In this document: positions 18,194-28,674 of the stretch, one piece after another | Numbering within the stretch: position 1 is the stretch's first letter | Layout of the letters: every line of letters starts with the position of its first letter | Source: Polyangium sp. y55x31 | GTDB lineage: Bacteria; Myxococcota_A; Polyangia; Polyangiales; Polyangiaceae | Reading direction: 5' to 3' | Assembly (NCBI RefSeq): GCF_029946505.1 | Contig: NZ_JARZHG010000009.1 | Location: forward strand, 42,927-106,926 | Length of the DNA: 64,000 nt | Notes under the pieces: generated by a model | What the model saw: the letters and a program-made list of their open reading frames with translations, nothing else | Told to the model about the DNA's origin: nothing | Database searches by the model: none | Made by a program: the position numbers and the translations under genes

Positions 18194-19477
18194 TCACTCG
18201 TTCACGACGGCCATGAACATGTCCGTGATGTGGTCGTGGCCCGCGGGGTTCGGGTGGATGCAGGTGAGATCGAACCAGCGCGGCGTGTTCGGGCCACGAT
18301 AGCAGGGCGCGGCGGGATTGTCGTTCTCGAACCCGTGCCCGCAGAACTCTTCGAGCAAAAAGAGCATGTCCGCGCCGAACTCCTTGGCGATGGACATGTA
18401 TTGCTCGTTGATCCAGACGATCATCGCTTTCAGGTCGTCCGGCGCGGGGACGGGTTTGTCGAAGCCGGCGAGCCCGGAGACGTCGCAGGTCTGCACGTCG
18501 GCGGTGCCGTCCGTGAACTCGTAGTTGTTCGCGAAGACCACGAAGACGCCGTTCGGGAAGCGGCCGGGCTCGTAGAGCCAGGCGACCGCGTTCCGCATGT
18601 GGGTCACGAACGTCTGCGCCTTGTTCCAGAGCTCGGCCTGCGGCACGCCGTTCGACGCGTCCTTCGTGATCGAGGCGATGTCGTTGCCGCCCATCGTCAT
18701 CACCACGAGCGTGCGCCTTTGCAGGTCGTCCGCGCCGATGCAATCGGTGATCTGGGTGTTGTCCTGCATGAGGTCGTCCGTGCGGGCGCCCCACTTCGCG
18801 CAGCTCGCGAACGCGCCGGACTCGCGGACGAGCGAGACGCCGTCGATGAAGTTCGCCGCTTTCCAGAGCAGGTTCGGTTTTTCGATGCCGAACTTGTCCC
18901 CGAGCTTGTCGGCGAGCTGCGCGCGGTAATAATCGGCGGAGAGCGTCGGCGGCGTGCCGACGGTGATGGAGTCGCCGAGGAAGACGACGCGCTCCACGCC
19001 CGTGATGTCCTGGTGGTTCGTCCCCATGCAATGCGATCCGATCGTCGGATCGAATTGATCGTAATCGGGCCCGTCGCTCTGCGGGTTCACGAAATCGTCC
19101 GAAAAACACTCGGCCGCCGTGAGCTTGCCGGGGCCGCCGCCCGCGCCGCCCGCGCCGCCTTCGCCGCCCGCACCCCCTGCGCCGCCCATCCCTCCGGACC
19201 CGCCTGCGCCGCCTGTGCCGCCTTCGCCCGCGGATCCACCGTCGCCGCCCATCCCCCCGTCCCCGCCGATACCGCCGTCGCCGCCCGCACCTCCGGCGCC
19301 GCCGATTCCCCCGGCCCCGCCCATACCTCCGGTCGCGCCCGATCCGGTCGACGACGCTCCCCCGGTGATCACGCCGGAGGACGTCGCCGATTCGTCCCCG
19401 GAACACCCGAGCACAAAAAACGCGGTCGTCGCGACGGTCAGGGCAAGGCAGCCCGAAAGAATCGAAGAGGTTTTCAT
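18194..19477 (-). CDS. SGNH/GDSL-family hydrolase lipoprotein with Gly-rich (GGxGG) linker
   Basis: Signal peptide with lipobox VLGCSGD. GGMGGAGGIGGAGG linker. Block I is VFLGDSITVG (GDS motif), then GGND, then a C-terminal HPNPAGHDHI (DxxH-like). Start is ATG 19477 or GTG 19498. Confidence 0.75.
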   Translation of the reverse strand: MKTSSILSGCLALTVATTAFFVLGCSGDESATSSGVITGGASSTGSGATGGMGGAGGIGGAGGAGGDGGIGGDGGMGGDGGSAGEGGTGGAGGSGGMGGAGGAGGEGGAGGAGGGPGKLTAAECFSDDFVNPQSDGPDYDQFDPTIGSHCMGTNHQDITGVERVVFLGDSITVGTPPTLSADYYRAQLADKLGDKFGIEKPNLLWKAANFIDGVSLVRESGAFASCAKWGARTDDLMQDNTQITDCIGADDLQRRTLVVMTMGGNDIASITKDASNGVPQAELWNKAQTFVTHMRNAVAWLYEPGRFPNGVFVVFANNYEFTDGTADVQTCDVSGLAGFDKPVPAPDDLKAMIVWINEQYMSIAKEFGADMLFLLEEFCGHGFENDNPAAPCYRGPNTPRWFDLTCIHPNPAGHDHITDMFMAVVNE

Positions 19478-19623
19478 GGCGAGGCGGGAGAGTATCACCC
19501 CTCGCCCCGCGCTCCGAGACCCTCCGCAGCATCGACGAACCCATTCGAGTCCGTCTCCGGCCGATCATTTCTGCGACGTTGGAATGGCGCCGCCCCGCGC
19601 CCTCGTGGTAGACAAGGGCCCCC

Positions 19624-20511
19624 ATGCTGCCTGCATCCGACTCTGACCAGCTCGCCCCCAAGGGCTCGGGGATCGTGCGCCCCGCGCGCCGCCCCGCCGG
19701 CTGGATCGCTCCGGGCCCGCAGCCGCGGACGCCCGATCGCGAGGACGTCTGGCCCGGCCCCGGCGAGGACCTCTGCTACCTGGCCGGTGATTTCCGCATT
19801 CTCCAGCGCGTCGACGGTCACCGCTGGTCGGCCGACGACCTGGTCACGGCCTGGTACGCCATTGAGCAGCTCCGCCATGCGCCCCCGCGCCGCGCCGTCG
19901 ACCTCGGCTGCGGCATCGGCACCGTCCTCCTTTTCGTCGCGTGGGCCTTCCCGGAAGCACGCGTGACGGGCGTCGAGGCGCAGGACGTGAGCTTTGGCCT
20001 CGCGCGGCGATCGCTCGCCTGGAACGGCGTCGACGATCGGTGCGCCGTGCGTTTCGGCGATCTGCGTGATGCGGCGACGACCGAGGGCCTCGAAGGCGCG
20101 GACCTCGTGACGGGCACGCCACCGTATCTGCCCAAGGGGACGGGGATCGAGTCGAGCAAAGTGCAATGCGGCCCGTGCCGCTTCGAATGGCGCGGCGGCG
20201 TGGAGGATTACGCCCTCGCCGCGGCGCGCCTGCTCGCCGAGGACGCGCCGTTCGTGGGCTGCGCGGCCTCGCGCCAGCGCCCGCGCGTGGAGGCCGCGGC
20301 CGTGGGCGCCGGGCTCGTGCTCGAGCGCTACCGCGACGTCGTCCCGCGCGAGGGCAAGGACCCACTCTTTTCGGTGTATGTCATGCGCCGCCCTGCCGCG
20401 GCTCGCGCCCCGGAAATCGAGCCGCCGCTCGTGTTACGCGGCAAGGATGGCCGCTTCACGGCCGCGTTCGACGACGTGCGCCGGGCGATGGGAATGCCCG
20501 TCGAGCGTTAA
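19624..20511 (+). CDS. SAM-dependent methyltransferase, TrmN6/YfiC-like (N6-adenine MTase small-domain type)
   Basis: Motif I VDLGCGIGTV. Motif IV TGTPPY (the N/D-PPY class). An N-terminal LAGDFRILQ matches the TrmN6-type layout. Confidence 0.65.
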   Translation: MLPASDSDQLAPKGSGIVRPARRPAGWIAPGPQPRTPDREDVWPGPGEDLCYLAGDFRILQRVDGHRWSADDLVTAWYAIEQLRHAPPRRAVDLGCGIGTVLLFVAWAFPEARVTGVEAQDVSFGLARRSLAWNGVDDRCAVRFGDLRDAATTEGLEGADLVTGTPPYLPKGTGIESSKVQCGPCRFEWRGGVEDYALAAARLLAEDAPFVGCAASRQRPRVEAAAVGAGLVLERYRDVVPREGKDPLFSVYVMRRPAAARAPEIEPPLVLRGKDGRFTAAFDDVRRAMGMPVER

Positions 20512-20690
20512 GAAATTATCGGTCCCCGCCCACTGCAAGAAAATCGAACCACGAGCGGAAGCAGCACGCGTCGAAGCGGTTTTTCGCCCTTGATGCGTCC
20601 GGCCGAGGGCTGTAAGAATCGTTCCTCTTCGGTCCTGGGCGCGCGGCGCGGCGTCAAGCCCGTGCACCCGGGGCCTCTCGTGGAGGTCTC

Positions 20691-22196
20691 ATGCGCAGGA
20701 ACGTTTTGCTTGGGCTCGTCATTTCTTCCGGGCTTTCCGTGCTCGCGGCCAGCGCTGGTTGCAGTGATGGCGGTTCGAACACCACCGGCGGCGGCGGCGA
20801 GGGCGGAGCCGGCGGCGCTTCGAGCTCGAGCTCGAGCTCGAGCTCGTCGAGCGTCGCGCAATCGGGCTCGGGCGGCTCGACGGCCGACTCGAACATCAGT
20901 TGCGATACCGCGGCGGAGCTTTTCCTCGACGACCCCGGTTTGCAGGACACCCTCGACCCGATCGATACGGACGAGGACTTCTACAAGTTCAAGGGAGCGA
21001 AGGGCCAAGCCATTCTCATCTCGACGGACGCGAAGCCCCCGGCGGACGAATTCGACAACACGTACCCGGATCTCGTCCTCACGCTTTACAAGAAGCAGGG
21101 CGGGCAGTGGGTGCAGATCGCGGAGAACGACGACCCGTTCCCGCGTTCGAGCAACGACAGCGCGCTCTACACGATCCTCCCGGCGTCGGACGACGACGAG
21201 TACTGCATGCGCGTCACCGAATGCAACGTGTGGGTCGGCGGGCAGCCGGGTTGCGCGCCCTCGGCCGACATCACCACGTACGACTACGCGGTCGGCGCGG
21301 GCATCCTCGACGCGTCGCTCGAGAGCATCGCGGCCGAGGCGGAGCCGAACGACGCGGCCGCCGAGGCCACGGCCATCGAGTATTCGAAGAACGCGCAGAG
21401 CGGCAATTATTACCTCTCGCTCCAGTGGGGCGGGTACAGCAGCGCGACCGACGTCGACATCTGGAAGTTCAACGTCCCGGCGGACGCCGTGAAGGTCATG
21501 GGCGATCGCCCCGTCTGCAACTTCGACTTCTATCCGGGCGGCACCGCAGGCAGCGGCTCGACGGCGACGGCGGGCGTGATCGCGTACGTGACGACGGCCG
21601 CGGATCCCACGAAGAAGCTCGCGCAGGTCGACGTGACGTCGGGCCAGACGCCCGCGCAGATCGCCGTGCCCTGCGAGCTCGGGACCGATTACCTGTTCTT
21701 CATGACGCGGAAGGCGGGCTCGACGGCTGGCGAGAACGATTTCTACTTCGTGAACCACGGCGGCACGGGCTCGAACCCGCTCGAAGTGGGGCCGAACGAC
21801 GCGGCCAACATGCCCGAGGCGCTGAAGGCCACGCCGAACGGCACGACGACGAGCTACTTCGTCGACGGCGACCTGGACGCGGCCCCGACGGACATCGATT
21901 ACTACTCGGTCGACGTGCCCGCGGGATCCGCCACGATCAGCGTCGCCTGCGGCGGCCAGCGCTCGGGCTCGGGCCTGCGTGGGCTCAAGGTCTCGGTGCT
22001 CGGCGCGAACGACATGCCGATCACCGGCGGCATCGGCACGGAGAGCGAGACGAAGGACCTCTTCCTCCAGGACGTGAACGTGCCGGCCGGCGTCACCAGC
22101 CTGAAGCTCAAGGTCGAGGCGGCCTCGCAGGACGCCGAGGTTTCGAGCACGTTCTATCGTTGCGGCATCCACATCTCGCCGCCGGAAAACCCGTAG
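20691..22196 (+). CDS. secreted lipoprotein with three pre-peptidase C-terminal (PPC)-like repeat domains
   Basis: Lipobox LAASAGCSDG. Gly/Ser-rich linker. Repeated DEDFYKF / DVDIWKF / DIDYYSV cores, as in PPC/bacterial pre-peptidase domains. Confidence 0.65.
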   Translation: MRRNVLLGLVISSGLSVLAASAGCSDGGSNTTGGGGEGGAGGASSSSSSSSSSSVAQSGSGGSTADSNISCDTAAELFLDDPGLQDTLDPIDTDEDFYKFKGAKGQAILISTDAKPPADEFDNTYPDLVLTLYKKQGGQWVQIAENDDPFPRSSNDSALYTILPASDDDEYCMRVTECNVWVGGQPGCAPSADITTYDYAVGAGILDASLESIAAEAEPNDAAAEATAIEYSKNAQSGNYYLSLQWGGYSSATDVDIWKFNVPADAVKVMGDRPVCNFDFYPGGTAGSGSTATAGVIAYVTTAADPTKKLAQVDVTSGQTPAQIAVPCELGTDYLFFMTRKAGSTAGENDFYFVNHGGTGSNPLEVGPNDAANMPEALKATPNGTTTSYFVDGDLDAAPTDIDYYSVDVPAGSATISVACGGQRSGSGLRGLKVSVLGANDMPITGGIGTESETKDLFLQDVNVPAGVTSLKLKVEAASQDAEVSSTFYRCGIHISPPENP

Positions 22197-22317
22197 TTTT
22201 ACAGGACGCACCCTCCTCCTGCCCTCCCGGCCCCCGCGACGCGTGGGGCCGGGGGCGCCCTGGACGATCCCAGCAAGAATTCGACGCGAGTCACGAATAT
22301 CCGCCCCTTTCGTGGGG

Positions 22318-25300
22318 ATGGACCGCGTCGAACTTTGCGCCGATACTTGGCGCCCCATGCTTCCGGGCCAGGTTGTCGACGGACGGTTCGTCGTCGAAGG
22401 AGTCGTCGGCCAAGGCGGCATGGCCCGCGTGTTTCGTGCGACCGACCGCACGACGGGCGAGGTCGTCGCCCTCAAGGTCCTGCTCGAAGAAGAAGCGGCG
22501 AACGTCGAGCGCTTCGAACGCGAGGCGGAGATCATGGCCGCCCTCCAGCACCCCGGCATCGTGCGGTACGTCGCGCACGGCCGCGAGGGAAGCTTCCCCT
22601 ACATCGCGATGGAGTGGGCCTCGGGGCAGAGCCTCGACCGGCGCATCCAGAGGCAAACCCTGCCGATCGACGGCGCGGTGCGGCTGCTACGTCGCCTCGC
22701 GGAGGCGCTCGCGATCGCGCACGAGCGCGGGATCGTGCATCGGGATCTGAAGCCCGGGAACGTGATCCTGCTCGACGGGGATCTGGAGCGGCCGAAGATC
22801 ATCGATTTCGGCATCGCGCGGCTCGGCGGGGCCACCAAGGAGCTGACGCAAAAAGGCGTCTTGCTCGGGTCGATGGGCTACATGGCGCCGGAGCAAGCGC
22901 GCGGCGCGCAGAGCCTCGACGCGCGCGCGGACGTGTTCGCCCTCGGCTGCCTGATGCTGCACGCGCTGACGGGCAAGCGGCTCTTCGAGGGCGGTGATTC
23001 GCTCGCGTACCTCGTGCGCGTGGTCGTCGAGGACGCGCCGAGGCTACGCACGATGCGGCCCGACGCGCCGCCGTGGCTCGAAGCGCTGCTCGCGCGGATG
23101 CTCGCGCGCGCGCCCGCCGAAAGGCCGGCGAACGCGGGCGCGCTCGCGCTGGAGATCGAGCGGTCGCTCGATGCGGATTTCGACGAGACCACGATCGAAG
23201 CCGTATCGCTGCCAGCCGGCGCACTCGGAGCGCACGAGAGGCGCGTCCGCTGCGTGCTCATCGTGCGGCTGCCGGAAGCGCCTGGCGCGCCTTCCGCGGG
23301 AAAAACCTCGCTCGAAGAGGTCGCCGCGGGGTTCGGCGGGACGGTCGACGAGCTGCTCGACGGGCACTTGCTCGTCACGTTCCACGGCTCGGGCGCGGCC
23401 ACGGACGAGGCCTCGCGGGCCGCGAAATGCGCGCTCGCGTTCGCGGATCGGGTCGACGGCGAGCGCTCGGCGATCGTCGCGGCGGAGAGCGCAGGCGAGG
23501 CGCCGGCGCCTTCGACGATCGAGCCCTTCCTGCCCATGCTCTCGCGCGCGCCGCGCGACGCGATCGCGGTCGACGACGTGACTGCGGGCCTGCTCGGCGC
23601 GCGCTTCGACGTGAGCGGCGACGAGCAAGGCCTCTTCCTGCTCGGCGAGCGTGACGTCGGCGAGCCCGCGCGGACGCTGCTCGGCAGGCCCACGCCGTGT
23701 GTCGGCCGCGACATGGAGCTCTCCGCGATCCAGCGCATCTTCGAGGCGGCCGAGCGCGAGCGGGCGCCGCAGGCGGTGATCGTCACGGGTGAGGCGGGGA
23801 TCGGCAAGTCACGCCTGCGGCACGAGCTCTTGCGCTGGGTCGGCGAGCGAGGCCGGCCGGTGGAGATCTGGATCGGACAGGGAGATCCGATCGCGGCGGG
23901 TTCGTCGTTCGGCTTGCTCGCGCGGGCGCTGCGGAGGGCGGCGAACGTGACGGCGGGCGAGCCGCTCGAGGTCGCGCGGCGCAAGCTCCGAGCGCGCGTC
24001 GGCCGTTATCTCGATCCGATCCGCGCCGCGTCCGTGGCGGAGTTTCTCGGCGAGGCCGCGGGTTTGCCCTTCGAGGACGAGGGCCGCCCGGGCCTCGTCG
24101 CGGCGCGGCGCAACGCGACGCTCTTGGGCGACCGGATCCGCCGATCGTTCGAGGAGCTCGTGGTGGCCGAGTGTCGCGCCGGCACGCTCCTCCTCGTGCT
24201 CGAAGACCTGCATTTCGGCGATCTTCCGAGCTTGAACCTCATCGATGCGGCGCTCGCGCAGCGCTCGCCGCTCGTCGTGCTCGCGCTCGGCAGGCCCGAG
24301 CTCGCGCGGACGTTCCCGGACCTCTGGGCTGCGCGCGGGCCGCTCACGATCTCGCTCGCGCCGCTCGCGGACGGCGACAGCCAGAGGCTCGCGCGCGCGG
24401 CGCTCGGGCCGCGGGCGAAGAACACGGTGATCACGCAGATCGTGGAGCGCGCGGGCGGCAACGCGTTTTTCCTGGAGGAGCTCGTGCGCGCGGCCGCGCG
24501 TGGCCGCGATCGAGCGCTGCCGGAGAGCGTGATCGCCATGGTGCAAGGCACGCTCGAAGAGCTCGATCCACGCGCGCGGAGGGCCCTCCGCGCGGCGAGC
24601 GTCTACGGCGACGTGTTCACGGAAGGCGACGTGGCGGCGCTGCTCGGCGAGGAGACGCGCGACGTGGCCGAGCTCTTCGGCGAGCTCTGCACGCGCGAGC
24701 TTCTGGAGCTTCGCGAGGTGAGCCTCACGCGGCACGAGAACGTCGTGGAGATGTACTCGTTCCGGCACGCCTACGTGCGCGAGGCGGCGTACGCGATGCT
24801 CACGGACGAGGATCGCGTGCTCGGGCACAAGCTCGCGGCGCGCCGCCTCGTGGCGGCCGGAGAGCCCGATCCGACACGCCTCGCCGAGCACCTCTTCCGC
24901 GCCGGTCAGCTCGACAAAGCGATCACGCATTTCTCGCGTGCGGCCGAGCAAGCGCTCCTCGGCGGCGATCTCGGCAAGGCCCTGTCCTGCGCCGAGCGCG
25001 GGATCGACTGCGGCGCGCTCGGCGACGATCTCGGCCGCCTGCTCGTGATCCAGGCCGAGGCGCACAGGTGGCGCGGCGAGAACGTCGAGGCCATGCGGAA
25101 AGCGGAGCGCGCGCTCACCGTGCTGCCGCGCGGCACCGACGCCTGGTGCGTGGCCGCGAGCGAGGTCACCTCGTGCGCGACGACGCTCGGCGATCCGGGC
25201 ACACTCGACCCCGTGGCGGCGGCGCTCTCCGAGGTCGTCTCCGCGCCGCAGGCCTCACCGAGGCCGACACAGATCACCGCCTGCGCGCGCGTCGCCGCCG

Positions 25301-26190
25301 CATTGTACGTGCTCGGACGACATGACCTCGCCGAGTCGCTGCACGAGCTCGCGGCGGGGCACGAGGAGGCGCGGCGGGAGCCGTCCACACGCGCGCGCCT
25401 GCACGAGGTCGACACGCTGCGGGCGCACACGATGGGGGACGCGGCCGGCGCGGTCGCCGCGGTGGAGCAGGTCATCCAGGCCTTCACGGAGATCGGCGAT
25501 CTGCGCAGCGTCGCGCTCCACCGCTCGAACCAGGCCGCGCTGCTCAACGCGATCGGCGCCTACGTCGAGGCCGAGTTCGCCGCGCGCGCCGCGCTCGAAG
25601 CGAGCGAGGCGCAGGGGCTCTCGCAGATCGTGAGCGCGGCCCAGCAGAACCTCGGCTTCTCCCTGGCGCACACGGGCCGGCTCGACGAGGCCCAGACGCT
25701 CCTCTCGCGCAGCATCCGCGACGCCATCCTCCAGAGAAACCGCAGGCTCGAAGCCGGCGCGCGCATCTACCTCGCGATCGCCGCGCTTTATGCGCGCAAG
25801 CTCGACATCGCGGACGCCGAGGCGCGCGCGGCCGCGGACGCGCTCGCGGGTTTGCCCCTCCACGCGTATGCGCAAGGCGTGCTCGCGATGGTCGAGCTCT
25901 TGCGGGGTCGCGCGCGGGAAGCGCTGCACATGGCGGAGAAGGCGATCAGCGCGCTCGCGGCGCGCGGGGGCGCGGCCGAGGAGGGCGAGGGGCTCGTGCG
26001 GCTCGCGTTCGCCGAGTCGCTCGCTGCGACGGGCGACACCGAGGGCGCGCGGCGCGCGCTCTCCATCGCGAGGCGGCGCATCGAGGAGCGCGCGGCCTTG
26101 CTCACGCGGCCTGCGCATCGGCGGAGCTTCGTCGAGCTCGTCCCCGAACACAGGCGGACCCTCGATCTCGCGGCGCACATGGGGGTGTAG
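22318..26190 (+). CDS. Ser/Thr protein kinase fused to AAA+ (STAND/AAA_16-like) ATPase and C-terminal TPR-like helical repeats (PknK/MalT-like architecture), copy 1
   Basis: Kinase motifs GQGGMARVF, HRDLKPGNV, IDFGIA, YMAPEQ. Walker A VTGEAGIGKSRL. About 600 aa of helical repeats. ATG at 22318; alternative start at 22357. Confidence 0.85.
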   Translation: MDRVELCADTWRPMLPGQVVDGRFVVEGVVGQGGMARVFRATDRTTGEVVALKVLLEEEAANVERFEREAEIMAALQHPGIVRYVAHGREGSFPYIAMEWASGQSLDRRIQRQTLPIDGAVRLLRRLAEALAIAHERGIVHRDLKPGNVILLDGDLERPKIIDFGIARLGGATKELTQKGVLLGSMGYMAPEQARGAQSLDARADVFALGCLMLHALTGKRLFEGGDSLAYLVRVVVEDAPRLRTMRPDAPPWLEALLARMLARAPAERPANAGALALEIERSLDADFDETTIEAVSLPAGALGAHERRVRCVLIVRLPEAPGAPSAGKTSLEEVAAGFGGTVDELLDGHLLVTFHGSGAATDEASRAAKCALAFADRVDGERSAIVAAESAGEAPAPSTIEPFLPMLSRAPRDAIAVDDVTAGLLGARFDVSGDEQGLFLLGERDVGEPARTLLGRPTPCVGRDMELSAIQRIFEAAERERAPQAVIVTGEAGIGKSRLRHELLRWVGERGRPVEIWIGQGDPIAAGSSFGLLARALRRAANVTAGEPLEVARRKLRARVGRYLDPIRAASVAEFLGEAAGLPFEDEGRPGLVAARRNATLLGDRIRRSFEELVVAECRAGTLLLVLEDLHFGDLPSLNLIDAALAQRSPLVVLALGRPELARTFPDLWAARGPLTISLAPLADGDSQRLARAALGPRAKNTVITQIVERAGGNAFFLEELVRAAARGRDRALPESVIAMVQGTLEELDPRARRALRAASVYGDVFTEGDVAALLGEETRDVAELFGELCTRELLELREVSLTRHENVVEMYSFRHAYVREAAYAMLTDEDRVLGHKLAARRLVAAGEPDPTRLAEHLFRAGQLDKAITHFSRAAEQALLGGDLGKALSCAERGIDCGALGDDLGRLLVIQAEAHRWRGENVEAMRKAERALTVLPRGTDAWCVAASEVTSCATTLGDPGTLDPVAAALSEVVSAPQASPRPTQITACARVAAALYVLGRHDLAESLHELAAGHEEARREPSTRARLHEVDTLRAHTMGDAAGAVAAVEQVIQAFTEIGDLRSVALHRSNQAALLNAIGAYVEAEFAARAALEASEAQGLSQIVSAAQQNLGFSLAHTGRLDEAQTLLSRSIRDAILQRNRRLEAGARIYLAIAALYARKLDIADAEARAAADALAGLPLHAYAQGVLAMVELLRGRAREALHMAEKAISALAARGGAAEEGEGLVRLAFAESLAATGDTEGARRALSIARRRIEERAALLTRPAHRRSFVELVPEHRRTLDLAAHMGV

Positions 26191-26230
26191 CTCGCGACCG
26201 AAACGCGGCACGGAGGAGGACGAACCAACC

Positions 26231-27328
26231 ATGCTCGAATGGACGAGGGGCCAGGCGCTCGGCGAGATCGACACGCCCGCGCTCATCCTGGACATCGCGG
26301 CGGCCGAGCGGAACATCCGCGCGATGGCCGATCGGCTCATCCATGGCTCGGTGCGCCTGCGCCCCCACGTGAAAACGCACAAATGCCCCCTCCTCGCGCA
26401 CAAGCAGATGGCGGCGGGCGCGATCGGCGTCACGGCGGCGAAGCTCGGCGAGGCCGAGGTGATGATCCGCGCGGGGATCCCCGAGGTGCTCGTGTCGACG
26501 CCGATCGTCGGGCGCACGAAGATCGACCGTCTGATCGCGCTCTCGCGGCACGGCCTGGTCCTCACGGTCGTGGACGACGCGGGCGCGGCGCGGGCGATCT
26601 CCGACGCGGCGACGCGTGCCGGCCTGAAGATCCCGGTGCTCGTCGACGTGGACGTGGGGCAGCGACGCACGGGCGTCTTGCCGGGAGAGCCGGCGCTCGC
26701 GCTCGCGCGGCAGGTGGCGACGATGCCGGGCCTCGTGCTCGTCGGGCTCCAGGGATACGAGGGACATTTGCAGCACGTGCAGAACCGCGACGAGCGCGAG
26801 CTGCATTGGCGCGCCTCGATGAAAAAACTCACGGACACGGCGGACCTCGTTCGCGGCGCGGGTTTGCCCCTCGACATCGTCTCGACGGGCGGCACGGGCA
26901 CGTCGACGTTCGCCCTCGAAGCGGCGGGCATCACCGAGATCCAGCCTGGCTCGTACGTCGTGATGGACGACCATTACGGCACGGTGCAGGGCGTGGGATT
27001 CGAGCAGGCGCTGTTCGTCCTGAGCACGGTGGTGAGCCGGACGCGGACGACGGACGTGATCGTGGACGCGGGGATGAAGGCGCTTTCGAGCGACAGCGGC
27101 CCGCCACGGGTGCGGGGCATCGAGGGCGCGCGCTACTTATTCGCGGGCGACGAGCACGGCCGGATCGAACTCGATAGCGCGGGCAGCGATTTGCGGGTCG
27201 GCGACAGGGTCCTGCTCGTGCCGAGCCACTGCGACACGACGATCAACCTGCACGACCATTTCCACGTGATCGACGACGACCGGCTCGTCGAGGTATGGCC
27301 CATCGCGGCGCGCGGCCGCATCCGGTAG
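26231..27328 (+). CDS. PLP-dependent DSD1-family enzyme (alanine-racemase-N fold; D-serine dehydratase / D-threonine aldolase-like)
   Basis: RPHVKTHKCP, the PLP-lysine motif of the DSD1 family. Overall alanine racemase-like N domain plus C-terminal beta domain. GGAGGAGGA SD before ATG 26231. Confidence 0.7.
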   Translation: MLEWTRGQALGEIDTPALILDIAAAERNIRAMADRLIHGSVRLRPHVKTHKCPLLAHKQMAAGAIGVTAAKLGEAEVMIRAGIPEVLVSTPIVGRTKIDRLIALSRHGLVLTVVDDAGAARAISDAATRAGLKIPVLVDVDVGQRRTGVLPGEPALALARQVATMPGLVLVGLQGYEGHLQHVQNRDERELHWRASMKKLTDTADLVRGAGLPLDIVSTGGTGTSTFALEAAGITEIQPGSYVVMDDHYGTVQGVGFEQALFVLSTVVSRTRTTDVIVDAGMKALSSDSGPPRVRGIEGARYLFAGDEHGRIELDSAGSDLRVGDRVLLVPSHCDTTINLHDHFHVIDDDRLVEVWPIAARGRIR

Positions 27329-27338
27329 GAGAAAAACA

Positions 27339-27932
27339 GTGAGCTACGGCTTGATGGTGTATGCGGTCAAGTTCGACAAACTGAAGCCGGTCTTCGGCAG
27401 CGGCGACGACAAGCTGCGGCGGCAGATCTGCGGCCGGTTCAAGGAGCGGCTCGCGCAGCAGGCGGACTGGTTCAAATCCGAGATTGCAGGCGGCGCGCCG
27501 ACGCCGTTCGACGCGGTGAAGGCCTTGATCATGGGCACGGTCCCCGAGAAGGGGCACGGCTTCATGTATGCGTATGCCTACGAGCGGATCGTCGAGCACT
27601 TCGGCCGGTACCTCGACAACAGCAGGTTCTCCTCGATCCGCTGGTCGTACATGGAGGCCGTCGAGGAGGGCTGGAAACAATCAGGGCTCGACGAGACCTT
27701 GCCCTTCCGTGATCTCCATCTCGGCAAAGCGCTCTGCGTCTTCCCCACCCCGAACGATTTTCCCTCCACGGGCTACTGGAGCCCGGAGCAGGTCGTGGCG
27801 GGAAACAAGCGTTTCGGGGAGATCCAGATCAGCGCGGAAGAGGACTACATAAAGGAAGCGATCTTGGCCGTGCGGGGCTGGCTCAGCCAGGCGGCGGCGA
27901 AGGGCGAAGGAATCGTCGCGTTTTATTACTGA
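27339..27932 (+). CDS. hypothetical protein
   Basis: 197-aa ORF, 10 nt after the previous stop, with Y/W/F-rich balanced composition. No motif recognised. Confidence 0.5.
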   Translation: MSYGLMVYAVKFDKLKPVFGSGDDKLRRQICGRFKERLAQQADWFKSEIAGGAPTPFDAVKALIMGTVPEKGHGFMYAYAYERIVEHFGRYLDNSRFSSIRWSYMEAVEEGWKQSGLDETLPFRDLHLGKALCVFPTPNDFPSTGYWSPEQVVAGNKRFGEIQISAEEDYIKEAILAVRGWLSQAAAKGEGIVAFYY

Positions 27933-27936
27933 CGAT

Positions 27937-28674
27937 TCATTCCTTCGGCAAGCGCGCGCCTTTTCGATAATCGCCCATCACCTTCCGGATCTCGTCCTCG
28001 AAGAGGAACGTCCCCCAGTACTGCTCCACCTCGCCGTCCAGCAGGAAGCCGAGGTGCAGGTGCCAGCTCCCGTTCGCCACGCCGGACGTCCCGATCCGAT
28101 CGCCCCCCTCGATCCGCGTCCGCGGCTTCTTGCCCTCGGGCTGCACGTGCGCGAGCTCGGAGAGGTGTGCGTAATAGATGTGCGTGATCTTGCGGTTTCC
28201 GTAGGGGATCGGGGTATCGAGCTCGATACGTACGCAATAAGGCGTATCACGCGGCCCGGTCCAGAGCGTGTGTCCGGCCTCGGCGTAATCGACGTACCCC
28301 GAGGCAATCGCGTACACCGGCTTTTTGATGCCCATCACGTCGAGCCCGGTATCGGCCCGGTAGCCGGCGATGACCCCCTCGGGCATCGGATTGAACAAAC
28401 CGCTGGGCAACTTGCTCGACCTCTCCCCCGCCGGCCAAAGAGGCACCGCCGGTTCGTCACGAACGGGTTCCAGAAAACCAACAGAGATGACGTTCGCGGT
28501 GGAGGCGAGCACGCGGGGGGTGGGGGGCGTCGAGGAAGGCACGGCGATGTCCGCATCGCGAACCTCGCCTTGGGCGGGCCGAGCGGTGCCCCCCACCGAA
28601 ACAGAACAAGCCGGGAACAAAACGAGCCCCAAAGTTCCAAGCACCCGAGCGGAGGTGATCTTCATGTCGGTCAT
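27937..28674 (-). CDS. secreted M23-like (LytM/lysostaphin-type) metallopeptidase-domain protein
   Basis: Signal peptide MKITSARVLGTLGLVLFPAC. C-terminal ...HIYYAHLSE...GTSGVANGSWHLHLGF resembles the M23 HxxxD...HxH motifs. Confidence 0.5.
   Translation of the reverse strand: MTDMKITSARVLGTLGLVLFPACSVSVGGTARPAQGEVRDADIAVPSSTPPTPRVLASTANVISVGFLEPVRDEPAVPLWPAGERSSKLPSGLFNPMPEGVIAGYRADTGLDVMGIKKPVYAIASGYVDYAEAGHTLWTGPRDTPYCVRIELDTPIPYGNRKITHIYYAHLSELAHVQPEGKKPRTRIEGGDRIGTSGVANGSWHLHLGFLLDGEVEQYWGTFLFEDEIRKVMGDYRKGARLPKE

Noticed and set aside
17487-19661. 724-aa single ORF
   Set aside because: It is a read-through concatenation of two real genes (SGNH hydrolase and DUF4336 copy 2) plus upstream junk. 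It was split at internal ATGs with proper signal peptide or SD.
20508-22559. 683-aa - strand ORF
   Set aside because: Antisense to the PPC lipoprotein and kinase 5' end. Arg-rich low-complexity translation.
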